A stretch of 61,095 nt of DNA, counting the filler. It is 5 parts of 5 records of this genome, joined end to end, with 100 filler letters (N's around TTAATTAATTAA, not from the genome) between each part and the next. Parts side by side here need not be neighbours in the genome. Positions count along the whole stretch, not along the records: positions 37,810 to 43,645 come from SRR31156797_6694; positions 43,746 to 61,095 come from SRR31156797_6695; 3 more parts are not named here. One strand, given 5' to 3'. The position numbers and the translations under genes are program-made. Positions 41,508-51,374 of this stretch are shown piece by piece. The number at the start of each line of letters is the position of its first letter. Within the stretch, counting starts at the first letter, position 1. The notes under the pieces are model-generated. The model searched no databases. It was not told the origin of the DNA and saw nothing but the letters and a program-made list of their open reading frames with translations.

Positions 41508-41804
41508 AAAACGGCGTTTAGCAAAAAGGAAAAATCATTCGGGAGACTTAAAAGACGGCAAATATAAAGTTGATCCTTGTTTTAACCATTGGAGCTATGG
41601 AATAAAAAAAGAAATCCCTTTCGTTTCCGGCAATGGCCGGCTTTTCTAAATGATGACTATAGACGACCGGCCTTGATAGTCAAACCGGTATCCTGCGGCC
41701 GGAGATACGGGGTCATGATTCACCTCCAAGATGGTAATCTTGGCCCCTCCTGGTTAGACACGACTCCGGGTTCTGCTTCCCTAACCTTGGACGACGCGCC
41801 GGCC

Positions 41805-43070
41805 TCACGTATTTTTCTCCTTACTATCACCCGGGTAATGGCGTGAGGCCAGATAGAACAGCAGCCCGGCGGGCAAATTGCTAGGCAGCAGGCAAAGCCA
41901 GGCCATCTTGACACCATACGCCCCGCCGCCCCAGAGGTCGGACAGGGCGCCAATAACCGCAGGTCCCCAGGCCCCGCCTAAAAGAAAGGAAAGGTTGACG
42001 GCCACGGCCATGGCCGCGGCACGATTCTCGGGCGGGGCCACGTCCTGGGTGATGGCCATGAAAGACGGTGACGCGGTCATGCCGATGGCTGCCTGGGCCA
42101 TGGCCGCAATGATGAGGAGCCATAGCGGTCCCCCCAATAATAATATCAGCAGCAGACTGCTCAGCAGCATGCCAATAGAAGAGATGACCAGGAAATAGCA
42201 TCGCCCGGCCGGATGGCGGCGCTGCCAGCGGTCGGCCAGCATGCCGCCCAAGGGCGCGCCCGCGGCCCCGACAATAAACATGAGCCCGGTAATGGCCCCG
42301 GCCCGGCCTTCGTTCATCCCATACTCACGCATGAGGGCGGTAGGTATCCAGCCGCCGATACCGAAACCGACAAACAGGAATAGCGCAAAACCCAGCCCGA
42401 CCAACACGTAACTTTTCTTCCGAAACAGGCCTTTCAGTTCCTGCCCGATTTTCTTCCGGCCCCCATGGCCGTCATCGGTCGTCACCTTCGGCGGATCAGG
42501 CAGAAGTAGCACCAGCAAGCCGAAAATGACACCGGGCGCGGCAAACACAAAAAACGGCGTCCGCCAGCTCCCGCTTTTGACTGCAATATAGCCGCCCAAA
42601 GCCACGCCCAGCGCGCTGCCAAGGGGGATGCCAATGTTGAACAGGCCCATAACCTTGGAGCGCTTTTCTTCTGGAAAGATAAGCGACAGCCAGGACGCGC
42701 CGCCCGGTGCGTACCCCGCCTCCCCAAAACCGGTCATGAACCGCGCGGTTAAAAGCGTTGAAAACCGGCCGGCCAGACCGGTGGCCAGGGTGGCCGTGCT
42801 CCAGAGAATGGCCATCAAAGAGATTGCCTTGCGGCGGCTCCAGCGATCCACCAACAGCGCCATGGGAATCATGAGCAGGGCCACGCTGACCAGCATGGCG
42901 GTTTGCAGCATCCCGGCCTGCGTGTCGGACAGACCAAGCGCGTCCTTCATAGGCTGGAGCACCGCGATCAGCACCGTGCGGTCCGCGTACGCCATGGCAT
43001 ATAATAAAGTCAGAGTGATCAAAGTAATGTGGGCTTGTTTCGGATTGACAGAATCGGCGGAGTTGCTCAT
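41805..43070 (-). CDS. MFS transporter (spinster-like)
   Basis: YADR, LGLSDTQAG, motif A LVDRWSRRK, RFMTGFGEA, GMLADRW; about 12 TM. Confidence 0.9.
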   Translation of the reverse strand: MSNSADSVNPKQAHITLITLTLLYAMAYADRTVLIAVLQPMKDALGLSDTQAGMLQTAMLVSVALLMIPMALLVDRWSRRKAISLMAILWSTATLATGLAGRFSTLLTARFMTGFGEAGYAPGGASWLSLIFPEEKRSKVMGLFNIGIPLGSALGVALGGYIAVKSGSWRTPFFVFAAPGVIFGLLVLLLPDPPKVTTDDGHGGRKKIGQELKGLFRKKSYVLVGLGFALFLFVGFGIGGWIPTALMREYGMNEGRAGAITGLMFIVGAAGAPLGGMLADRWQRRHPAGRCYFLVISSIGMLLSSLLLILLLGGPLWLLIIAAMAQAAIGMTASPSFMAITQDVAPPENRAAAMAVAVNLSFLLGGAWGPAVIGALSDLWGGGAYGVKMAWLCLLPSNLPAGLLFYLASRHYPGDSKEKNT

Positions 43071-43215
43071 AAGTGCTCCTTTTTCAGCGGTTCACGGTCT
43101 AAGGGAATAGCCCGGGGCTCTTAAACCGGAACTATACGGCAACGGCCGTGATGAGGAGGAGCTACAGCGGTCCGCTCAAAGCAGCGGATATCCCTGCGGC
43201 CATCATATGCTGATT

Positions 43216-43422
43216 TTAAGTTGATGTCATCCATTGCACCGTCTTTTTCACACCTGTTTCTTGAGCGATCCAGGCGACCACCATGCAGTCCGCATGATAC
43301 TCTATCATTTCTTCGCCCATGGCGGCCATGCGCGGGTCGGCATCCTTGATCGCCTCCTGACCCATCTACACTATTTACTAATTCATGGTGTCGTGCGCCA
43401 ATATATCGGCGCCCATGTTCAT
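43216..43422 (-). pseudogene. Degraded C-terminal remnant of an RNase Z/AtsA-like MBL hydrolase
   Basis: Translates MNMGADILAHDTMN**IV*MGQEAIKDADPRMAAMGEEMIEYHADCMVVAWIAQETGVKKTV...; three in-frame stops; aligns by eye with the C-terminus of 39627-40658. Confidence 0.65.
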
Positions 43423-43645
43423 TGGTCTTCTGTTGCGGCTGCGGCTTTTTTTTGCAGCAGCGCCATCACGAACTCAATCGCGTTTTTATAGGTCTCGGTG
43501 CGATTATGGCGAAATAGCTTTAGCGCTCCGGTCGGGCACCCGGCCACACACACGCCGCAACCGATGCATAGGTCGGGGGCCGCCACGCTACGGTCCGCAT
43601 TCTCATCGATAATCAGCGCGCCATACACACACCGTTCTACGCAGG
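43419..43645 (-). CDS. 4Fe-4S dicluster domain protein, 5'-truncated
   Basis: CVERC...CIGCGVCVAGCP ferredoxin motif. Confidence 0.85.
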
Positions 43646-43745
43646 NNNNNNNNNNNNNNNNNNNNNNNNNNNNNNNNNNNNNNNNNNNNTTAATTAATTA
43701 ANNNNNNNNNNNNNNNNNNNNNNNNNNNNNNNNNNNNNNNNNNNN
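43646..43745. other. Artificial contig-joining spacer
   Basis: 44 N + TTAATTAATTAA + 44 N. Confidence 0.98.
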
Positions 43746-44358
43746 AGACTTGAATCTCTTCAATAGCATCGTGAATAATCGTCATCACATTGTCGTTATT
43801 GGTTGCTAATGATGTCGAAGCACCACCAACCAAATATTTAACTTCGTGAGGACGACCGCCTCGAATGTGGACTTCCCCATCTTGGGTAACCACACCGGCC
43901 ATGTTGGCGATCACGTTCCCAACTCCACGAACAGGTACATTTTCAAGTTCGTCGGATGTTGTCATGGACACAGAGGATGTCACTGATTTTTCGAAAAGCT
44001 TACGTTCTGCCACAACGGTGACTTCTTCACCTTGTACAACAGATTCTTCAAGCTCGAAATTCAGTTCGGTCGTAACGCCCGAAAGCACACGTACTTCCTG
44101 TACCGTGAGTTTCTTATGCGAAATGATCGATGCTGAGACATCGTATGTTCCAACCGGGACATTCAAGATGATAAATGAACCATCGGCGTCAGCCGCCGCG
44201 CCGAGAATCGTTCCTTCAATAAGAACGTTTACTCCGGCAAGAGGCTCACCTGTCTTGACGTCCGTGACTACTCCCACAATCTTACCGCTTGCCTGTGCGA
44301 ACACAGTTATAGGTAAAATCATAAGAATAGCTAATACGGCCACAACAAGCTTCTTCAT
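43746..44358 (-). CDS. TonB-dependent receptor N-terminus (carboxypeptidase-regulatory-like domain plus plug), 3'-truncated
   Basis: Signal peptide, GKIVGVVTD..TGEPL.GVNV, EEVTVVA TonB-box-like segment, HIRGGR plug motif; AGGAGG RBS. Confidence 0.88.
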
Positions 44359-44696
44359 AAATAACCTCCTTTAAGTTATTAACCTTAGCTATCTTCTATT
44401 TAATTTTTTCGCTATTTTTTCTATTAGCATATTATATCCCAGAAATTTTAGGTAAAACTGGGCTTATTAACAAGTTTTTTTAACACGAGATTAAAAAAAG
44501 AGGGCTAAATTTGGCGTGATATTTTTCAAGTTGATAATGACGATTTTCGAGTAACTATAAGTTATTTTTAATAATAATCTATATAATCGCATGATTTCCA
44601 ACATATTATAAATTTGCTTACAGAATATATGATTATCATTTATATGCAGAATATTAAATATATTTCATTAGTATTGAATAAAAAAATAACCGTTTC

Positions 44697-45992
44697 TTAA
44701 CAATCTTGGGTCGTTTTTTTGAAGATATCAGCCAGGTATCGCACATTTTCGATACTGGAATACGCTTCCAGATCTTTGGTTTTGTTAATGATCGTTGGTT
44801 CATTTTTACCCCAAGCAAGCAAATGCTCCCTTAGATAATGTGACAACTCAGGGCTTTCATCAGGCAAAAAAGATTTCCCGCTACCTGTTTTCAAAAGGAT
44901 CTCACCAATATCGCTACCGGGATCAGTTATTGCAATAATAGGTCTTCGTAAAGCAAGATAATCAAATAGCTTTGCCGAGATCAAACCCTTTGAATATGTG
45001 CTGTTGAGCTTCGGTAATAGTAACATGGATGCGAACCGTGCTTTCTCAAGCATTTTCGAATAGGGTAGAAAATCAAAATATTCTACCTTAACACCCAATA
45101 TTTTTGATATTTGCATTTTATGCTCTTCTGCTACGCTACCTATAAAAGTCAATTTTAGGCGGGCTTTTTTTTCTTCGGGCAAAAGATCTACGGCATTAAA
45201 AAGCGTTTCACAGTATTGCATGTTGCTCAAATTGCCCAGATGTACAATATCGAAGTACTCCGTTTTTCCGAGAGATATTTCCAGCTCCCTATATCCGTTA
45301 TATATAACTGATACGGGCGTATTGCTTTTTTGCATTAAAAGTTCCTTTACACCTCTCCCAACGGTTGTAATATGACTGGCGGAATCAAGGGCTTTCTTTT
45401 CCAAGCGTTTATTTTTTTTTCGGCTGGTTTTTGTCTTGGGCATGTTTAACTCCCAATAAGCTTCCGTCCACGGATCACGTAGATCGCAAATCCATGGCAA
45501 GCCGCTTTTTTGTGCCAGCTTGCGGGCGCCCACTTGCAAAGAGTGTGGTGGTGAGGTACTGAAAATAACATCCGGCTGTTCTTTGTCTATGATCTTTAAA
45601 CCCTCTTTGACCATAAAACGCTTCCAGCCTTTTCTTGCATCCGGGATGAATAGGTTTGCTCTTACCCAAAGAGATAATCGTTCTTTAACTGAAGGGTTTC
45701 TTTCCAGTGTAACATTTTTAGGCAATACGCTTTCTTGACGTCCGGTAAATTTTTTATAGGTATTAAAGGGCTCTTTTGTCACAGTCTTATACACTTTAAT
45801 ATCTTTGGGTATCCTTTTCAGCAAGCTTTCGTCAATCGCTGGGGCGCTGGGTTCTTTAACGGTCAATATCACGGGTTCCCAGGCAAATTTTTGTAAGTGC
45901 TCAACAATATTCAATATGCGCTGAACACCCGGTCCTCCGGCAGGTGGCCAATAGTATGTTATAATTAAGGCTTTTTTATTCTCTGCACTCAC
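44697..45992 (-). CDS. GT4-like glycosyltransferase
   Basis: LIITYYWPPAGGPGVQR, FSTSPPHS, DLRDPW, AKLFDYL. Confidence 0.88.
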   Translation of the reverse strand: MSAENKKALIITYYWPPAGGPGVQRILNIVEHLQKFAWEPVILTVKEPSAPAIDESLLKRIPKDIKVYKTVTKEPFNTYKKFTGRQESVLPKNVTLERNPSVKERLSLWVRANLFIPDARKGWKRFMVKEGLKIIDKEQPDVIFSTSPPHSLQVGARKLAQKSGLPWICDLRDPWTEAYWELNMPKTKTSRKKNKRLEKKALDSASHITTVGRGVKELLMQKSNTPVSVIYNGYRELEISLGKTEYFDIVHLGNLSNMQYCETLFNAVDLLPEEKKARLKLTFIGSVAEEHKMQISKILGVKVEYFDFLPYSKMLEKARFASMLLLPKLNSTYSKGLISAKLFDYLALRRPIIAITDPGSDIGEILLKTGSGKSFLPDESPELSHYLREHLLAWGKNEPTIINKTKDLEAYSSIENVRYLADIFKKTTQDC

Positions 45993-46996
45993 TTTTCTTG
46001 CTCCAAGATCTCAAATAAACGTTTTTCTCTTAATGACTCCGGAAAATTCTTAATAACCCTCAATCTCGCTTTCGGGCCCAGTATCTTTTGTTCTTTGATA
46101 CCTTGCCCAATTGCTTCTATAATATTTTCTGTGCTCTTATCGTTTATGATTATACCCGCATCCCCGATCGCTTCAGGTATACCCCCCGTATCAAAACCAA
46201 TCGGAACACATTCACACAACATGGCCTCCAATACCGCTGTAGGCAATCCCTCGCGAACAGAAAATTGAGCATAGATCATTGCTTGATGAAAATATGTCAT
46301 CAGGTCCTTTTGTGAAAGCTTGCCCGTTATGGTAACATTCGGAGGCAAGGGATGCAATTCGGTTTTAACGCCATCTCCGGCACCCACAATAATAAATGAC
46401 ATTTCCGGCATTTTTTTTGCAACTTCTACAAATCGGTCAACACCCTTTATCTTTATTCTTTGAGAGGATAGTCTGCCGGCGATGGTTAATATTGTTTTCT
46501 GCTTCTCTCCTGAGGGGAAAAATATTTTTTCGTCCAAGCCTGTGTACAGGTGTTCAATTCTAGCTGTGGGAATACGCTCAATAACTTCTTTGCCAAGCGC
46601 TTTGCTAACGGGAAGATTCAGCTCTGCGTAGCGCATGGCAAAAGTGCTCATCTTGCTTCTTAATGGATTAACATGTGATCCATATTTATATTCGGGGAGG
46701 GCGACAGTATCATATCCCCCCTCTATAACAAATGATCTTTTTCCGCAGATCTTAGCGAACAGAACGGGTAAAAATGCATGATAATCTGCAAACCATACGT
46801 ACACCGCATGTGCTGACCAAATGTGCAGGATTAACCAAAAGAACAATTTTATTTGACCAAAGAAATTGCTTAATAAGTCTTTTCCTCCACTGTAAGCATG
46901 TTGTTTAACCAAATATTTTTTATTCAGTATTTCAACATCCCGCTTCACAAAAGTGGCAAATACATGAGTGACAACCAATATGGTTTTTTTCTTCAT
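45989..46996 (-). CDS. GT4 glycosyltransferase
   Basis: IKGVD, EGLPTAVLEAM (E-x7-E), GGIPEAIG. Confidence 0.9.
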   Translation of the reverse strand: MKKKTILVVTHVFATFVKRDVEILNKKYLVKQHAYSGGKDLLSNFFGQIKLFFWLILHIWSAHAVYVWFADYHAFLPVLFAKICGKRSFVIEGGYDTVALPEYKYGSHVNPLRSKMSTFAMRYAELNLPVSKALGKEVIERIPTARIEHLYTGLDEKIFFPSGEKQKTILTIAGRLSSQRIKIKGVDRFVEVAKKMPEMSFIIVGAGDGVKTELHPLPPNVTITGKLSQKDLMTYFHQAMIYAQFSVREGLPTAVLEAMLCECVPIGFDTGGIPEAIGDAGIIINDKSTENIIEAIGQGIKEQKILGPKARLRVIKNFPESLREKRLFEILEQEK

Positions 46997-49431
46997 TACT
47001 CTTCTATTTTCTTTTTAAGGATCTTATCTCTGTTCGCAAGAAATAGTGATCCACCAATCAAGATCAGCATTAAGATATCCCCGATCCAGACGATACTGAT
47101 TCCGGCAAAATATGATGCGGGGTGGAATTCCATGCTTAAAGTATATTCGCCGCTTGGCAACTCTGCTCCGCGCAGGGCGTGATTAGTCTGAATGATCGGG
47201 ATCACGCTTTCATCTTTTTTCAGCTTCCACCCTTCCGCATAATACATTTCCGAGAATACGACATATTGTTCTTCAGGAAGATTGACTTTAAAACTAAGGC
47301 GATTGGGGGTGTTTTCCATTAATTGGATACTTCCTTCTCCACCATAAACTTTTTCCTGAAATGCTCCTTCTAAGATCAAGGCTTCGCTTTCGGGATGAAA
47401 ATTTGCAGAGTTCATATATTTTAGGATATCGGCACTGTTTTCAAAGCTTCGGGTATTTTCTACCAACCAGGCTTTTGGCATAGCGTTTGGGTTCACATAC
47501 AATATCTCTTTTCTGGCATTGTCGATCGCCGCCATGTGCAGCGTCGGGTCATTGATCTGTCCGGGCACAATGATATAGCGGCCACCAAGCATATTGACTA
47601 CATTCCAATTCAGCCCTCCTGGTGTTTGCAAACAATGCTCGCGAAGATCTTGAATGGTTTGCAATTTGATTGCGGAATATCCGCTGATGGTCGGGTAAAA
47701 GTAACTGTAGTGATTGCTATCCTGCCCCAATGCAAAAGCTCTGAAGTCCTTTGTCTGAGAAGATAAATAGCGTGTTATATCCGTCTGCCTGAATGCGCGT
47801 CTTTCATTGCTTTTCGGATTACCGAGAGGAATATTATTATACGCTCTGTTCGAAACACTAAACAGCTCAACAGAGATCAATGCTCCCAATAATAAATAGG
47901 TAAGCACTGGCTTGATCTTTTTGAATGAAAATGCAGTCAAAACACCGCCTGCAGCCAGCACCAGGATCAAGGCTTTCCAAACATCCGCCTGTAGAAATTC
48001 TTTGCGAATATTTCTTATCAATTCCATGGTCTGCGCACCATAGCGTGCAACTTCTCCCGCTTTTTCATATGCAAAGCTACCGCTGAACAATTGAACTAAA
48101 AGCAATATGCCGGCAACGCCTCCGAAAACATAAGCAATGACTTTCCAGTTTGCTTTTTTCGCTTCATCAATTGCTGCTTTTAATCCATATCCGGCCAAAA
48201 TGATCAATGCCAAAAATATCATATTCATGATCATAGAGGGTACACGGAATTTTGAAAAGTAAGGTATAATATTGAAAAACAATTTATACAATGGCATAAA
48301 ATGACGCCCAAGGCCAAGTAAAACAGCGAAAGCCGAAAAGATACTCAATCCTCGAACAAAACCGTCTTTCTTCCAGTATGCCCAGATACCCATTCCGGCA
48401 AAAATGGCGATTAAAATACCGACAAAATCATATGATTGGGTAAATGGCATTTCGCCCCAATAGCCCGGAATAACCCTTCCCTTGAATTGGGGGTATTGGC
48501 TCCCTTGATATGTTTCCTGGGAGAGGCCGCCTGCAAAACGGGGAAGAACAAAACCTACGATACCCTTCCCGTCCAATGACCATTTTGTTGCATATTCAAG
48601 GCCGGCACCTTTTGTTTCGGACTGTTTTTGGGAAACTTCGTCCATTTGAATCGCATTACCGCCACGCGTGGAATGAGGGGCATATTCCTGCAAGCTAATG
48701 AAAGGCTGGCTGGAAACAGCGACCGTTAAAACAATAGCAACGGCTACTTTTAATACAAATTGTCCAAAATCTTTCCATTCTTTTTTGAACATCATCTTTA
48801 CAGCCGGGACCAGAAAAAGAAATAACAAAATTAATATACCGTAGAATGTCACTTGGACGTGCTGTGTTCTCATGATCCATGAAAAAGCGGCCGCAAATAA
48901 TCCAACCGACAACCATGATCTTTTATCAAATAAATAGTTGAAGCTTAAGATCATCCAAGGCATGATCATAAAGGCCCTTAGTTTTGCAAAATGTCCTACA
49001 TGAAGTAATGCCATCCAATGCGGCAATAGCATATAGGCTAAAGCGGGGATTAGAGCTATATACCATGGAATGTTCTTATATCGCAATAAAAAGAATATCC
49101 CAAGTGCGCCAAGCAAATAATACCAGAAATACGAATACGAGATCTTGCTTATGAAAGAAATGAACGAGTCGGCATGAATAATATTGGGCGTAATACGGGG
49201 ATATGTAGGCATACCGGCAAAAATATTGGGATTCCACAGTGTTTTTTCACCACTTTCCCGCTGATATTCTAAATTCAGGTTCGTACTGCCTTTTGAGGCT
49301 GAAATATCAACACCTTCCGGCCGCTGCCCCTGAAAGATCATCGGGGAAAAGAAATAGAATAGCGGTATCAGTAAAACAACTGCTATAACCAGCGGTTTTA
49401 CCCATTTCTGTGTATGTTTAAGTTCGGACAT
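46996..49431 (-). CDS. YfhO family membrane protein (GT-C fold glycosyltransferase)
   Basis: LWNPNIFAGMP, HSTRGG, YWGEMPFT, FSKFRVP, GYSAIKL, FSEMYY.GW; more than 10 TM plus periplasmic domain. Confidence 0.85.
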   Translation of the reverse strand: MSELKHTQKWVKPLVIAVVLLIPLFYFFSPMIFQGQRPEGVDISASKGSTNLNLEYQRESGEKTLWNPNIFAGMPTYPRITPNIIHADSFISFISKISYSYFWYYLLGALGIFFLLRYKNIPWYIALIPALAYMLLPHWMALLHVGHFAKLRAFMIMPWMILSFNYLFDKRSWLSVGLFAAAFSWIMRTQHVQVTFYGILILLFLFLVPAVKMMFKKEWKDFGQFVLKVAVAIVLTVAVSSQPFISLQEYAPHSTRGGNAIQMDEVSQKQSETKGAGLEYATKWSLDGKGIVGFVLPRFAGGLSQETYQGSQYPQFKGRVIPGYWGEMPFTQSYDFVGILIAIFAGMGIWAYWKKDGFVRGLSIFSAFAVLLGLGRHFMPLYKLFFNIIPYFSKFRVPSMIMNMIFLALIILAGYGLKAAIDEAKKANWKVIAYVFGGVAGILLLVQLFSGSFAYEKAGEVARYGAQTMELIRNIRKEFLQADVWKALILVLAAGGVLTAFSFKKIKPVLTYLLLGALISVELFSVSNRAYNNIPLGNPKSNERRAFRQTDITRYLSSQTKDFRAFALGQDSNHYSYFYPTISGYSAIKLQTIQDLREHCLQTPGGLNWNVVNMLGGRYIIVPGQINDPTLHMAAIDNARKEILYVNPNAMPKAWLVENTRSFENSADILKYMNSANFHPESEALILEGAFQEKVYGGEGSIQLMENTPNRLSFKVNLPEEQYVVFSEMYYAEGWKLKKDESVIPIIQTNHALRGAELPSGEYTLSMEFHPASYFAGISIVWIGDILMLILIGGSLFLANRDKILKKKIEE

Positions 49432-49443
49432 ATTATCTCCCGT

Positions 49444-50469
49444 TTATTTATAATAATTTCTTACGAATCCGGTTTTTTGCCTGCCGCCGAAAATAACCCG
49501 GCGAATGAACGCGCCGCCAAACCCCAGTCCATAGCCCAATATTTGGATAGGGACAACAATCGGTATAAAAATGAAAACACGGATGTCTTTATACTTAAAT
49601 ATCCCATGTGCAGCCATTAATAATAACATGGCAATTCCTGCTGCCAACACAGGCCAAAGTATTGAAGGCCAGATCGCCAGACATATCAGGAAAGCAATGA
49701 TAAAAGAGGTCCCGAGAAAGGGAAAAAAGTGAATAAATTCCAGCATGCCTTTATCTATCTTGTAAAGATTGATACGTGCAACACCCCAGTTATATACCTG
49801 CTTAAAAAACCGCCAGATTGATGTTCTGCGTTTGTGAAAGACTACAGCATCAATCACCTTTACTGTCTCCCCTTGAGATCTGATGCGATGAGTAAATTCA
49901 ATATCCTGGCCATGCCGCAGGGTACCAAATCCGCCGATCTTATCATAAACATTTGCATGAACACCCATATTAAAAGATCTTGGATAATATTTAGATATCT
50001 TTTTTTTCGAAGAACCCCGAATCCCTCCGGTTGTAATAAAGGAGGTCATGGAATAATCAATGGATTTTTGCAAGGGTGAGAAATCTGAGCGCACCTTATC
50101 GGGACCGCCAAAACCGGCGACCGGTTCCGTGATCGCATCATCATAAGCTTTTAACCAATTTTTATCCGCAATACAATCGCTATCGACAAAGATATAGTAT
50201 TCGCCTTTTGCATTTTCCATACCTTTGTTCCTGGCCGGACCGGGACCCTTGTGGTCCTGTTTGTAAAACGAGAGGTTCAGGGTATTCTTTTTGATCAGAT
50301 CTTTAATAAAATCTTCGGTTTTATCTGTAGAACCGTCATCAACTATGATGACTTCAAATTTCTCTTTTGCTAAGCTTTGTTTTTCAAGCGAATCTAAAAG
50401 TTCGCTGATCTCACCCAGGCGATTGAAGGTGGGAACGATAACCGAAAATCTGTATGGAAAATCTTTCAT
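49444..50469 (-). CDS. GT2 glycosyltransferase with C-terminal TMs
   Basis: SVIVPTFNR, VDDGSTD, GPGPARN, FVDSDC, PRSFNMG, VFHKRR. Confidence 0.9.
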   Translation of the reverse strand: MKDFPYRFSVIVPTFNRLGEISELLDSLEKQSLAKEKFEVIIVDDGSTDKTEDFIKDLIKKNTLNLSFYKQDHKGPGPARNKGMENAKGEYYIFVDSDCIADKNWLKAYDDAITEPVAGFGGPDKVRSDFSPLQKSIDYSMTSFITTGGIRGSSKKKISKYYPRSFNMGVHANVYDKIGGFGTLRHGQDIEFTHRIRSQGETVKVIDAVVFHKRRTSIWRFFKQVYNWGVARINLYKIDKGMLEFIHFFPFLGTSFIIAFLICLAIWPSILWPVLAAGIAMLLLMAAHGIFKYKDIRVFIFIPIVVPIQILGYGLGFGGAFIRRVIFGGRQKTGFVRNYYK

Positions 50470-51374
50470 TATTGTTTTTTCTTTTTAGATTGATAAACCA
50501 GCATTTCACCGATAAGTCCGATCGAGAACAATTGCACACCTAAAACAATGAGTAAAACTCCCAAGATCAACATAGCCATATGTGATTGGAATGATTGTCC
50601 ATAAGCATATTTATAGATCAAAACAATAACTTCGATCACAACACCCGCGGTGGCTGCTAAAAGCCCGAAAAAACCGAAAAAGTGCATCGGGCGCATAGTA
50701 AAGCGACTTAAGAAAAAGATCGTCATAAAATCAAAGAAGCCTTTGAAGGTACGGCTGAAACCATACTTACTAACTCCACTTGTTCTTGGATGATGTGTTA
50801 CCACGATCTCAGTGGTCTTAAAGCCTTCAACTTTGGCAAGCACGGGTATCCAACGATGCATTTCACCGTAGAGTTTAACGGTTTTGGTTACTTCGTTGCG
50901 GTAGCCTTTCAATCCACAATTAAAATCGTGGATCTTAATACCGGACATAACGCGAGCGGCCCAGTTAAATAATTTTGAGGGCCAGCGTTTTGTGATCGGA
51001 TCATGCCGTTTTTTCTTCCAACCGGAGACGATATCCCAACCTTCTTCAAGTTTTGCGATCAGTGCCGGAATTTCCTTTGGTTCATCTTGCAGGTCGGCAT
51101 CCATTGTAATAACGTAATCACCTTTTGCTTCATCAAACCCAGCTTGAAGTCCTGCCGCTTTTCCTTTATTGCGATGAAAATGAATATGTGAAATATTTTC
51201 GTATTCATTTACCAGGTCATTGCAATGTTGGGTGGTGGCATCGGTAGAACCATCATTGATAAATATGATCTCTCCACTTAAATTGTTTTGCTTGAAAACA
51301 TCCAGAACCTGACGCGCAAGCTCTTTAATGGTCCCTTCTTCATTATATGCAGGAACGACAACTGATACATCCAT
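50469..51374 (-). CDS. Polyprenol-phosphate glycosyltransferase (ArnC/GtrB-like GT2)
   Basis: VVVPAYNE, INDGSTD, TMDADLQD, DFNCGLK, GEMHR.IP and two C-terminal TMs. Confidence 0.9.
   Translation of the reverse strand: MDVSVVVPAYNEEGTIKELARQVLDVFKQNNLSGEIIFINDGSTDATTQHCNDLVNEYENISHIHFHRNKGKAAGLQAGFDEAKGDYVITMDADLQDEPKEIPALIAKLEEGWDIVSGWKKKRHDPITKRWPSKLFNWAARVMSGIKIHDFNCGLKGYRNEVTKTVKLYGEMHRWIPVLAKVEGFKTTEIVVTHHPRTSGVSKYGFSRTFKGFFDFMTIFFLSRFTMRPMHFFGFFGLLAATAGVVIEVIVLIYKYAYGQSFQSHMAMLILGVLLIVLGVQLFSIGLIGEMLVYQSKKKKQ

Noticed and set aside
43365-43380. Clustered in-frame stops as stop-codon recoding or pyrrolysine
   Set aside because: Includes TAA, the fragment lacks its N-terminus, and neighbouring genes use the standard code; decay is simpler
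12440-43745. Four identical TTAATTAATTAA motifs in N runs as a repeat array, and any gene neighbourhood across them (e.g. sulfotransferases in contig 3 with the sulfatase in contig 4)
   Set aside because: Artificial scaffold linkers; the flanking contigs differ in composition and expression signals, so cross-gap context is meaningless
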